Assembly (NCBI GenBank): GCA_963667465.2
Contig: CAXXDN010000002.1
Coordinates: 640,001-704,000, forward strand
DNA length: 64,000 nucleotides
Direction: 5' to 3'
Origin: Dehalococcoidia bacterium
Lineage (GTDB): Bacteria; Chloroflexota; Dehalococcoidia; UBA2979
Positions 54,613-62,578 of the stretch are shown piece after piece (the first letter of the stretch is position 1; each line of letters opens with the position of its first letter). The notes beneath the pieces are model-generated. The model saw nothing but the letters and a program-made list of their open reading frames with translations. It did not search any database and was not told where the DNA came from. Both the position numbers and the translations under genes were made by a program.

Positions 54613-55350
54613 CTACGCGGACCCGCCCGTGGCGATGCCCGTCGTATCCTTCTTGCCGCCGCCGTCGTAACCGTCGTGGCCGCGGGAGCCGCCGTCGCCG
54701 TCGCCGCAGCCGCGCCTGCCATGCCAACCGCGCTTGTGGCCCCGGCCGAAGCCCTTGCCAGCGTCGCGCAGCAGCGTTGCCTGCTCAGCCGTGATGTCGC
54801 CTGCTTCCTCGGCGGCGTCGATCGCCGCGTCCCGCGCGTCGACCAGCGCGGCCGCGAGGGCGACGCGGTTCACGCCGGCCAGCAGGTCGCGCAGCGTGCC
54901 GTCCTCCTTCGCCGCCTCGACCTCCTCCGAGGTCTTGCCCAGCAGCGAGGCGTAGACGGCGATCACGTCCACCTCAATCACGCCGCGCAGGCTTTTCAGC
55001 GTCTCGCGGTCGCTCTCGTCCAGCACGTCGCGGTCCGCCGAGACGAGCTCCTCGAGCCGCTCGGCCTGCTCCGAGGTGATCTCGCCGCCCGCGGAGGCGG
55101 CGTCGATCGCCTCGCCGGCGACGCTCTCGTAGGCGTCCTTCAGATCGTCCCTCGACACGTCGTCGAGCAGATCCTTCAGCGTGCCGTCGTCCTTCGCGGT
55201 CTCGACCTCCTCGGCGCTGATGCCGAGCGCCTCCGCGAGCACGTCGACGCGGTCGACGATCCCGCCGGGGTGCGCCATCGCGCTGCCGATGAGCAGCAGG
55301 GCGGCGGCTCCCCCGGCGAGCGTGGCGAGGATGGTCTTCGTTCGTCTCAT
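54613..55350 (-). CDS. Secreted protein with duplicated ~70-aa helical domain and Gly/His/Arg-rich tail
   Basis: Signal peptide ending AMA; two copies of LG...EEVE.AK.DGTL.DLL...AIDAA...G.IT.EQA; SD GGGAGGA. Confidence 0.78.
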   Translation of the reverse strand: MRRTKTILATLAGGAAALLLIGSAMAHPGGIVDRVDVLAEALGISAEEVETAKDDGTLKDLLDDVSRDDLKDAYESVAGEAIDAASAGGEITSEQAERLEELVSADRDVLDESDRETLKSLRGVIEVDVIAVYASLLGKTSEEVEAAKEDGTLRDLLAGVNRVALAAALVDARDAAIDAAEEAGDITAEQATLLRDAGKGFGRGHKRGWHGRRGCGDGDGGSRGHDGYDGGGKKDTTGIATGGSA

Positions 55351-55400
55351 TCTGCGATCCTCCCGTTCCGAGGAGCCTGCGGCTCCAGGGGCATGCGGGA

Positions 55401-55433
55401 AGGCTAGCGAGCAGCGCGTAAGGTCTCCGTAAG
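55401..55433 (-). promoter_or_regulatory. Putative OmpR-type direct-repeat site plus -10 box
   Basis: Minus strand CTTAC-GGAGAC-CTTAC-N11-TAGCCT. Confidence 0.65.
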
Positions 55434-55482
55434 CCCTCTGTTGACTTTCTGATCGATCGGGGCTCCTCGATGGCGGTCGGCG

Positions 55483-56739
55483 CTACTCGTTGCGGAGCGC
55501 GGCGATCGGATCGACGGTGGTGGCGCGGTAGGCCGGGTAGCTGCCGCTCGCGAAGCCCACGCCGGCCGCTACCAGGAACGCCATCGCGATGCTCCAGGGC
55601 TGGATCAGCGTCGTCATCTCCTGGCCGCCCAGCTCGCGCCCGTCGACGGCGAGCGAGGCGCCGATGCCGATTACGATCCCGACGAGGCCGCCGAAGAGGC
55701 TGAGCGTCAGCGCCTCGGTCACGAACTGTTTCACGATGTCGCCTGCCGTCGCGCCCACGGCGCGGCGAATGCCGATCTCGCGCGTCCGCTCGGTGACCGA
55801 GACGAGCATGATGTTCATCACCCCGATCCCGCCGACCAGCAGCGAGATGCCGGCGATGCTCCCGAGCAGGATCGAGAGCGTGTTGCTGACCTCGGTGGCG
55901 GCGCTGATCAGATCGTCCTGGCTCTGGATCACGAAGTCCGGCTCGGGCGTTTCGTGGAGGAAGAGCAGCAGCTCGCTGACCTCGTCCTTGACGCGTTGCT
56001 CGTCGGCGCCGCCGGCAGTCTGGATGTCGATCTGCGTGACGCGCAGGTCGCCGGTGGGGGTGTAGAGGAAGCGCAGGCGGCCGGCGACGCCACTCAACGG
56101 GACGAAGACCTGGTCGTTGGCCTCGCTCGCGCCTCCCTGCTCCTCGAGCACGCCGACCACGCTGAAGGGGAGCGTGATCCGCCCGCCCGCGAAAGAGAGG
56201 CGCACCTCCTGCCCGACGGGATCGAGGCCCGGGTAGAGCGTGTCCGCAACGCGCGCCCCCAGCGCGGCGACCAGCGAGCCGTCCTCGTCGTGCAGCGCGG
56301 TAATGAAGGTGCCCGAGCGAATCCCGAGATCGCGAACCTCGGCGTACGTGCTCGAGGTACCGACGATCTCCACGCCGATGTTGTTTGCGCCGGCGATCGC
56401 CTGGGCATCGACGGCCACGCGCGCGCTCACGGCGGTGATGCCGGGGATGAGGTCGTCGGCGATGGCCGTCGCGTCGCCCCGGACCAGCGTGGACTGCGCG
56501 AGCCCGCCGAGCCCGCCGGTCTGCGAGGTGGTAGCCGCCGCGCTCGACTCGATGAAGATCAGGTCGGTGCCAAGCCCTCGAATCTGGTCGGTGACCCCTC
56601 GTTGAGTGCCCTGTCCGACTGCGATCAGCACGATCACGGAGCTGACGCCGATCACGAGGCCCAGCGATGTGAGGGCGCTGCGCAGCCGGTTCGCGAAGAT
56701 CGCGCGCAACGCGATGCGGAAGGCATCGAGCGGGCTCAC
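55483..56739 (-). CDS. MacB/FtsX-like ABC transporter permease
   Basis: NRLRSALTSLG..IGV, IAGISLLVGGIGVMNIMLVSVTERTREIGIR.AVGA, DPIAALR.E. Confidence 0.95.
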   Translation of the reverse strand: MSPLDAFRIALRAIFANRLRSALTSLGLVIGVSSVIVLIAVGQGTQRGVTDQIRGLGTDLIFIESSAAATTSQTGGLGGLAQSTLVRGDATAIADDLIPGITAVSARVAVDAQAIAGANNIGVEIVGTSSTYAEVRDLGIRSGTFITALHDEDGSLVAALGARVADTLYPGLDPVGQEVRLSFAGGRITLPFSVVGVLEEQGGASEANDQVFVPLSGVAGRLRFLYTPTGDLRVTQIDIQTAGGADEQRVKDEVSELLLFLHETPEPDFVIQSQDDLISAATEVSNTLSILLGSIAGISLLVGGIGVMNIMLVSVTERTREIGIRRAVGATAGDIVKQFVTEALTLSLFGGLVGIVIGIGASLAVDGRELGGQEMTTLIQPWSIAMAFLVAAGVGFASGSYPAYRATTVDPIAALRNE

Positions 56740-57443
56740 GGCGCGGGCCCGTCCGCTGTGGCGGCCGCGACCGGGGCGCCACTGTCCTCGATGATCCGCC
56801 CGTCCCGCATACGCACGGTCCGGTTGGCGTAGGCGGCGACCTCCGGCTCGTGGGTCACGAGCACGACCGTCAGCCCCTGCTGATCGACCAGCTCGCTGAG
56901 CAGCGCCATCAGCTCGTTCCCGGTCGCCGTGTCGAGGGCGCCCGTCGGCTCGTCGGCGAGCAGCACGAGCGGGTTCACGACCAGCGATCGCGCGATCGCT
57001 ACGCGCTGCTGCTCGCCGCCGGACAGCTCGGTGGGCAGGTGCGTGATGCGATCCTGCAGGCCCACGCGCACGAGCGCCTCGGCGGCGCGCCGCTTGCGGT
57101 CGGGAGCGCCCTGGTAGATCAGCGGCAGCTCGACCTGCTCGAGGGCGGTCATGCGCGCCAGCAGGTTGTAAGACTGGAAGACGAAGCCGAAGGCGCTGCC
57201 GCGCAGGCGCGCGCGGGCGTCCTCGGAGAGCTGCGCGACATCGCGTCCCCCGAAGGCGTACTCGCCGCTGCTCGGGCGGTCGAGCAGGCCGACGATGTTC
57301 ATCAGCGTGCTCTTGCCGGAGCCGGACTGCCCCATGATCGCGACGAACTCGCCGCGACCGATCTCGAGGCGCACGCCCGCGAGGGCGTGCACCGCCGTGT
57401 CGCCGGTGGCGTAGACGCGGGCCAGGTCGTGCAGCCGAATCAC
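56736..57443 (-). CDS. MacB/LolD-like ABC transporter ATP-binding protein
   Basis: GQSGSGKST, GFVFQSYNL, LSGGEQQRVAIAR, LADEPTGALD, VTHE. Confidence 0.95.
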   Translation of the reverse strand: MIRLHDLARVYATGDTAVHALAGVRLEIGRGEFVAIMGQSGSGKSTLMNIVGLLDRPSSGEYAFGGRDVAQLSEDARARLRGSAFGFVFQSYNLLARMTALEQVELPLIYQGAPDRKRRAAEALVRVGLQDRITHLPTELSGGEQQRVAIARSLVVNPLVLLADEPTGALDTATGNELMALLSELVDQQGLTVVLVTHEPEVAAYANRTVRMRDGRIIEDSGAPVAAATADGPAP

Positions 57444-59980
57444 TGACGGCCTCCACCGCCTCCCGCGCCGCCTCCGAAGAAGCCGCCGGGGCCGAATGCG
57501 GGGAGCTGCTGCTGCGGCTGCCGCTGCGTCGCGCTGAACGCGATGCCTGCGTTGTCGGCGCCGATCAGCAGGGCGGCGCCAGCCTCCAGGCCGCTCGTGA
57601 TCTCGACGTTGGTGCCGTCGGACTCGCCGACCTCGACGGTCACGCGCTCGAAGGCGAGGGCGTCCGGGTCGTCGCCTGGTGCAGGCGCCGGGACGGTGAC
57701 GAACCAGGCGCCGTCGAGCTGGCGCACGGCGGCGACCGGGACGAGCACCGAGGGTTCGCGCAGCTCGGTGAGGATCGTGACGCTGGCGCTCATGCCCGGG
57801 GCGGGAAGCGGCCGGCCGGCGAGCGCTCCCTGCCCGGCTGCGCCTTCCTCGCCGCCCGCACGCTGCTGGCCTCCCCCGCCGAGGACGCCGGCGGCGAGCC
57901 GCTCGAGGAGCTGGGGCGGGATCTCGAAGCCCTCGGGCAGGGTCACGCCCTCGGGCAGCGGCTCGCCGTTGGCGAGCGCCTGCAGCACGTCGCGGATGGT
58001 GACGCCCTCCGGCAGTTCGATCTGGGCGAGCAGCCCGCCGGCCCGGCCGCCGGCGGCTCCGGCGCCAGCACCGCCGTCCGCTCCAGCGCCACCGCCCGCG
58101 GCCCCGGCGCCCGTGCCGCCGCCCGCGCCTCCGAATGCGCCACCGGCTCCCACGGCGCCGAGGATCGCCGCGAGACCCCCGCTCTGGTCGCCGAGGACGG
58201 CGATCTCGCTCGCGGCCTGGGCGAGCTCCGCCCCGGCGAGCAGGCGCGCCTGCACGTCGTAGGTCACCACCCCCTGCGCGGCGTTCGGGAGGCGGCTGAT
58301 CGAGGCGATGCGCACCGGGTACTCGACGTCCTCGATGGCGTCGAACGAGGCGAGACCGACCTGGCCGACCTCGAGTGCGAGCAGGTCCGCCTCGGTGACC
58401 GTGAGCGCGATCAGCATGCGGTCGGCTGTGCTGAGGGAGAACGCGGTGAAGTTCGCCGCCACGCGATCGCCGGGCTGGACGTTCACGGCCTCGACGACGC
58501 CGTCGAAGGGCGCCAGCACCGTCAGCTCCGCAAGCGCGGTGCGCGCCTCCTCGAGCGAGATCTCGGAGAGCCGCACGCTCTGCTCCTGCTGTGCAATCGC
58601 GTTCGCGGTCGCGCCCGCGTTCAACTCGTCGTAGCGCGCCTGCGCGCTGGCCAGGCTGGCGCGCGCGCTCTCGAGCGAGGACCGCGCCTGCTCGATCGCG
58701 CCCTCGTCGGCCGGCGCGCGCAGCTCCTCGAGGCGGGCGACGGCGGCGGCGTGATTCGCGCGCGCCGCTTCCACGGCCTGTTCCGCCTGGTACACATCGC
58801 CCGCGGCGGGGTCCGCCCGCAGGTCCTCGAGGCGGGCGACTGCCGCGGCGTGGTTCGCCCGCGCCGCCTCGAGGGACTGCTGCGCCTGGTAGCGGTCCTC
58901 AGCCGGGACGGGCGCGAGCAGGTCGGCAAGCCGCTCCTCCGCCGAGGAGAGCGCCGTGACCGCCGACTGCCTGGTGGCGTCGTTGCTGATGAACGTGACG
59001 TTGGCGTTGATCAGCGCGTTCGCGGCGCGCTGATAGTTGTTCGACCGGTCCTCGAAGGAGTCGCGGAGCGTGGCGATCTGCCCGTCGGAGAGCGGCAACG
59101 TCGCGGCGCAGGTCGTTTCGGTCACGTCGGGAAGGTGGTCGTAGCTCTCGCAGTACGCCTCGAACGCGTCTTTGAGGGCGTGCCACCCGTCGTCCGCGCG
59201 GGTGATCGCAGCGGAGAGCTGGGCCTGCGCCTGCGTCACCGCCGATCGCGCGGAGGCGACCTCGGTCTCGCTCGGGTCGGCGATCAGCGAGGCCAGCGCC
59301 TCCTCGGCGCTCGAGCGCTGCCCGAGGGCGTTTGCGACGGATTGCTCCGCGCTCGCCAGCGCGCTCGCGTCCGGCGGGTCGGAGAGCCGCGCCAACGCCT
59401 GCTCGGCGCTCGAGCGCTGCCCGAGGGCGTTCGCGACGGATTGCTCCGCGCTCGCCAGCGCGCTCGCGTCCGGCGGGTCGGAGAGCCGCGCCAACGCCTG
59501 CTCGGCGTTGACGACCTGCGCCTCGGACGACTCGATCGATTGCCTCGCGGACGCGATGGCGGACGCGTCCGGATCGGCCTCGAGGGCGTCGAGGCGCAAC
59601 TGCGCGAGGCGCAACTGCACCTCGGCAGTCTCGACCCGCCGCCGCGCGGCGGTGTCATCGAGGGCCGCGAGCGCGTCGCCCGCGCGCACCGTGTCGCCGC
59701 TCTGCACGGTGACGGAGGCGATGATGCCGGCGGCGCCGAAGCTGAGCTCGGTGCTGCGTTCCGCCTCGGCCGAGCCGGAGAGATCGACCGTGGTGCTCAG
59801 CTGGCCCTCCAGGGCTTCGGCGCGCTGCGGCTCGGCGACCACCGCGGTCTCGTCGGGCTGGAGCAGCACGAACGCGGCCGCCACCGCCGCCGCCGCGATC
59901 GCAAGCGCGGCCGCCAGGACGGCCCAGCGCCTGCGTGACCGGCGGCCGCGGATCAGCAGGTCGATGTCAACATCGCTCAT
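57440..59980 (-). CDS. Membrane-fusion/adaptor protein (HlyD/MacA/YknX-like) with extended alpha-hairpin and Gly-rich insert
   Basis: N-terminal TM; LSF...G.I..V.V..GD.V..GD.LA.LD; APFDGVV..VNV..GD; PGMSA.V.I; LVP..AV; VEITSGL. Confidence 0.88.
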   Translation of the reverse strand: MSDVDIDLLIRGRRSRRRWAVLAAALAIAAAAVAAAFVLLQPDETAVVAEPQRAEALEGQLSTTVDLSGSAEAERSTELSFGAAGIIASVTVQSGDTVRAGDALAALDDTAARRRVETAEVQLRLAQLRLDALEADPDASAIASARQSIESSEAQVVNAEQALARLSDPPDASALASAEQSVANALGQRSSAEQALARLSDPPDASALASAEQSVANALGQRSSAEEALASLIADPSETEVASARSAVTQAQAQLSAAITRADDGWHALKDAFEAYCESYDHLPDVTETTCAATLPLSDGQIATLRDSFEDRSNNYQRAANALINANVTFISNDATRQSAVTALSSAEERLADLLAPVPAEDRYQAQQSLEAARANHAAAVARLEDLRADPAAGDVYQAEQAVEAARANHAAAVARLEELRAPADEGAIEQARSSLESARASLASAQARYDELNAGATANAIAQQEQSVRLSEISLEEARTALAELTVLAPFDGVVEAVNVQPGDRVAANFTAFSLSTADRMLIALTVTEADLLALEVGQVGLASFDAIEDVEYPVRIASISRLPNAAQGVVTYDVQARLLAGAELAQAASEIAVLGDQSGGLAAILGAVGAGGAFGGAGGGTGAGAAGGGAGADGGAGAGAAGGRAGGLLAQIELPEGVTIRDVLQALANGEPLPEGVTLPEGFEIPPQLLERLAAGVLGGGGQQRAGGEEGAAGQGALAGRPLPAPGMSASVTILTELREPSVLVPVAAVRQLDGAWFVTVPAPAPGDDPDALAFERVTVEVGESDGTNVEITSGLEAGAALLIGADNAGIAFSATQRQPQQQLPAFGPGGFFGGGAGGGGGRQ
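58725..58912 (-). repeat. Diverged 99-bp tandem duplication in adaptor
   Basis: TCCTCGAGGCGGGCGAC recurs at 58725 and 58824; encodes YQA.Q..EAARANHAAAVARLE.LRA twice. Confidence 0.8.
59303..59507 (-). repeat. Near-perfect 99-bp tandem duplication in adaptor
   Basis: Units start at 59303 and 59402; encodes AEQALARLSDPPDASALASAEQSVANALGQRSS twice. Confidence 0.92.
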
Positions 59981-60027
59981 CGTCGTCTCTCACATCCCGA
60001 TCTCAGAAGCTGCATTGGACCGGCGCA

Positions 60028-60060
60028 ACACTGCACTGCCGGGGATAACGCCTTCGTAAC
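60028..60060 (-). promoter_or_regulatory. Putative OmpR-type direct-repeat site plus -10 box for exporter operon
   Basis: Minus strand GTTAC-GAAGGC-GTTAT-N11-CAGTGT. Confidence 0.6.
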
Positions 60061-60076
60061 CTCGCCGGCCGTGCGG

Positions 60077-60109
60077 GTTACGCTTGCGTTAGGGTCGGAG
60101 GGGTAGCCT
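60077..60109 (+). promoter_or_regulatory. Putative autoregulatory direct-repeat site plus -10 box for response regulator
   Basis: GTTAC-GCTTGC-GTTAG-N11-TAGCCT. Confidence 0.65.
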
Positions 60110-60143
60110 GCGCGAAGCCCGGCGGGCTGGAGGAGTAACCCCT

Positions 60144-60800
60144 ATGCGCGTGCTGCTGGTGGAGGACGAGCGCGACCTCGCGAACGCGATCGCGAGGGGT
60201 CTGCGGCGCGACGGTCTCGCCGTCGATGTCGCCTTCGACGGCGCCTCGGCCCTCGAGAAGGCGACGGTCCACCCCTACGACGTCGTCGTGCTCGATCGCG
60301 ACCTCCCCCGCGTCCACGGCGACGATGTCTGCCGCGAGCTGGTCGCCGCCGAGGGCGACTGCCGCATCCTCATGCTCACCGCCGCTGCCGCCGTGCATGA
60401 CCGCATCGAAGGTCTCGACATCGGTGCGGACGACTACCTCTCCAAGCCGTTCGACTTCGGCGAGCTGCGTGCGCGCATCCGCGCGCTGGGGCGGCGATCG
60501 CACCGGGCGGCGCAGCCGCTGCTTGAGCGCGGCGGCGTGGTCCTCGATGCCGCGCGGCGCAGCGCCACGCGGGACGGGCGCGCGCTCGGCCTCACGCGCA
60601 AGGAGTTCGCGGTGCTGCAGGTGCTGCTCGAGGCGGAGGGCGCCGTCGTCAGCCCCGAGGAGCTGCTGGACCGCGCCTGGGACGAGCACACCGATCCCTT
60701 CACCAACGTCGTGCGCGTGACGATCATGAAGCTGCGCAAGAGCCTCGGAGAGCCCCCGCTGATCGAGACGCTGCGCGGCGTCGGCTACCGCATCCCCTGA
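60144..60800 (+). CDS. OmpR-family response regulator (CutR/VanR-like clade)
   Basis: MRVLLVED, VLDRDLP.VHGDDVCR, GADDYL.KPF, AWDEHTDPFTNVVRVT, GVGYRI. Confidence 0.95.
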   Translation: MRVLLVEDERDLANAIARGLRRDGLAVDVAFDGASALEKATVHPYDVVVLDRDLPRVHGDDVCRELVAAEGDCRILMLTAAAAVHDRIEGLDIGADDYLSKPFDFGELRARIRALGRRSHRAAQPLLERGGVVLDAARRSATRDGRALGLTRKEFAVLQVLLEAEGAVVSPEELLDRAWDEHTDPFTNVVRVTIMKLRKSLGEPPLIETLRGVGYRIP

Positions 60801-62032
60801 TGCGTCTGCCCGGCGCCGCGATCCTCAAGCCGTCGATCCGGCTGCGCCTGACGCTCTGGTACGGCGGGCTGTTCCTGCTCGCGGGCTCGGTGCTGCTGGC
60901 GCTCAACTTCGCGCTCGTCGCCCGCAACTTCCCCGCCGACGGCGCCGACTTGCGCGAGAACGTCGAGCGCCGCTTTGACCTGGAGCCGGGCGAGCTGCGG
61001 GGCGAGTTCTTCTTTGTGGTTGAGCGCCCGTCAACGCCAACGCGTCCCGTCGCCCCGAGGCGAGGCGTCGCGGCGACCCCGCTCTTCAACAGCGTGATCT
61101 CGCACATCAAGACCGACACGCTCCAGCAAATCGTCTGGCAATCGGGTGTCGCGCTCGGGCTGATGGCCGTGCTCTCGATTGGCCTCGGCTGGTTTGTCGC
61201 CGGGCGGATGCTGCGTCCGGTCGAAGAGATCGCCGCCACGGCCCGCCGGATCAGCGAGGCAAGCCTCGAGGAGCGGATCGCCCTCGGCGGGCCGTCCGAC
61301 GAACTCAAGGACCTCGCCGACCAGTTCGACGCGATGCTCGATCGCCTGCAGACCGCCTTCGAGGCGCAACGCGAGTTCGTCGCCAACGCCTCGCACGAGC
61401 TGCGCACTCCGCTCACGATCATCCGCACCGAGATCGACGTCACCCTCGAGGATCCGAACGCTGGACGCGAACAGCTCGCAAGCACCGCTGCCGTCGTCCG
61501 CCGCGCGATCGACCGTACCGAGGGCCTGATCGATCGCCTGCTGGTCCTCGCACGCGCCGAGGAGCCGCTGCAGCGCGGCGAGGAGAGCGACCTCGCCGAA
61601 GCCGTCCGCCGTACCCTCGACGCGCGCGAGGACGAGATCGGCGCGCTGGGGCTGCGTGCCACGCTCGACCTCGGCGAGGCAACCGTCGAGGGCGACCCGA
61701 TGCTGCTCGACCGGCTCGCCGGCAACCTCGTCGACAACGCCGTCGAGCACAACGCGCGCGACGGCTGGATCGAGATCACCAGCGGCCAGGACGAGCAGAC
61801 GGCGACGCTGCGCGTCGCGAACGGCGGGCGGCTCATCCCCGAGGACGAGGCGCCCCGTCTCTTCGAGCGCTTCGCGCGGCTGGAGGGCTCCCGCACGCGC
61901 GGCCGGGGCGGCTACGGCCTCGGACTCTCGATCGTGCGCGCGATCGTGCGCGCCCACCGCGGCGAGGTGACGGCGCGTGCGCTGCCCGAGGGCGGCCTCG
62001 CCGTCGAGGTCTCGCTGCCGCGCCGGCGGTAA
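60800..62032 (+). CDS. HAMP sensor histidine kinase (CutS/VanS-like)
   Basis: IRLRLTLWYGGLF, two TMs, HAMP, FVANASHELRTPL, NLVDNA, GLGLSIV. TGATG overlap with the regulator. Confidence 0.95.
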   Translation: MRLPGAAILKPSIRLRLTLWYGGLFLLAGSVLLALNFALVARNFPADGADLRENVERRFDLEPGELRGEFFFVVERPSTPTRPVAPRRGVAATPLFNSVISHIKTDTLQQIVWQSGVALGLMAVLSIGLGWFVAGRMLRPVEEIAATARRISEASLEERIALGGPSDELKDLADQFDAMLDRLQTAFEAQREFVANASHELRTPLTIIRTEIDVTLEDPNAGREQLASTAAVVRRAIDRTEGLIDRLLVLARAEEPLQRGEESDLAEAVRRTLDAREDEIGALGLRATLDLGEATVEGDPMLLDRLAGNLVDNAVEHNARDGWIEITSGQDEQTATLRVANGGRLIPEDEAPRLFERFARLEGSRTRGRGGYGLGLSIVRAIVRAHRGEVTARALPEGGLAVEVSLPRRR

Positions 62033-62058
62033 CGCGCGGCGCGTAGCGGCGCCGGTGT

Positions 62059-62475
62059 TCAGCGCTCCATCAGCACCGCGCCTCGCTCGAGCACGCGGTC
62101 GAGGTCGATGACCACGGCGATGCCCAGTCGGTCCGGGTCGCGGTCGCGCTCAAGCTTGTGCGAGCCCTCGTAGATCGCGTCGCGTACGCCCGGGTCGTCG
62201 ACCACGCGTGCGCGGCCGAGGAACTGCCACAGCTGGCGTTGAGCCGGGTTGCGGTAGAGGAAGGCGACGTGCGGGTTGGCCGCGATCCGGCGCAGGAAGC
62301 CGCTGCCCGGGTTCCGCACCCAGATCGCGAGTTGATCATCGGCATGCACCTGCGTGCTGCCGTAGAAGGAGAGGCTCGGTTGCCCGGCGCCGTCGACGCT
62401 GCTCGAGATGACCGGGCATCCGTCGTCGAGCGCGCGCTCGATGGCGAGCCGCAGCTCATCGCTGAGCACGATCAT
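62059..62475 (-). CDS. Pyridoxamine 5'-phosphate oxidase-like (flavin split-barrel) protein
   Basis: SSVDGAGQPSLS, RRIAANPHVAFLY, QFLGRARVV. SD GAGG before ATG 62475. Confidence 0.78.
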   Translation of the reverse strand: MIVLSDELRLAIERALDDGCPVISSSVDGAGQPSLSFYGSTQVHADDQLAIWVRNPGSGFLRRIAANPHVAFLYRNPAQRQLWQFLGRARVVDDPGVRDAIYEGSHKLERDRDPDRLGIAVVIDLDRVLERGAVLMER

Positions 62476-62578
62476 GGAAGCACCTCGTTTCGGCGGGCCT
62501 GAAGGTCGAACGCCGGTGGCGCGGTAGTCTAGGACAATCTGGCGCGGATGGGACGCCCCCCTCGGGAAGGAGCCCTTG

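Noticed and set aside
59303-59507. CRISPR array or mobile-element repeat
   Set aside because: In-frame 99-bp coding duplication with no spacers and no cas genes.
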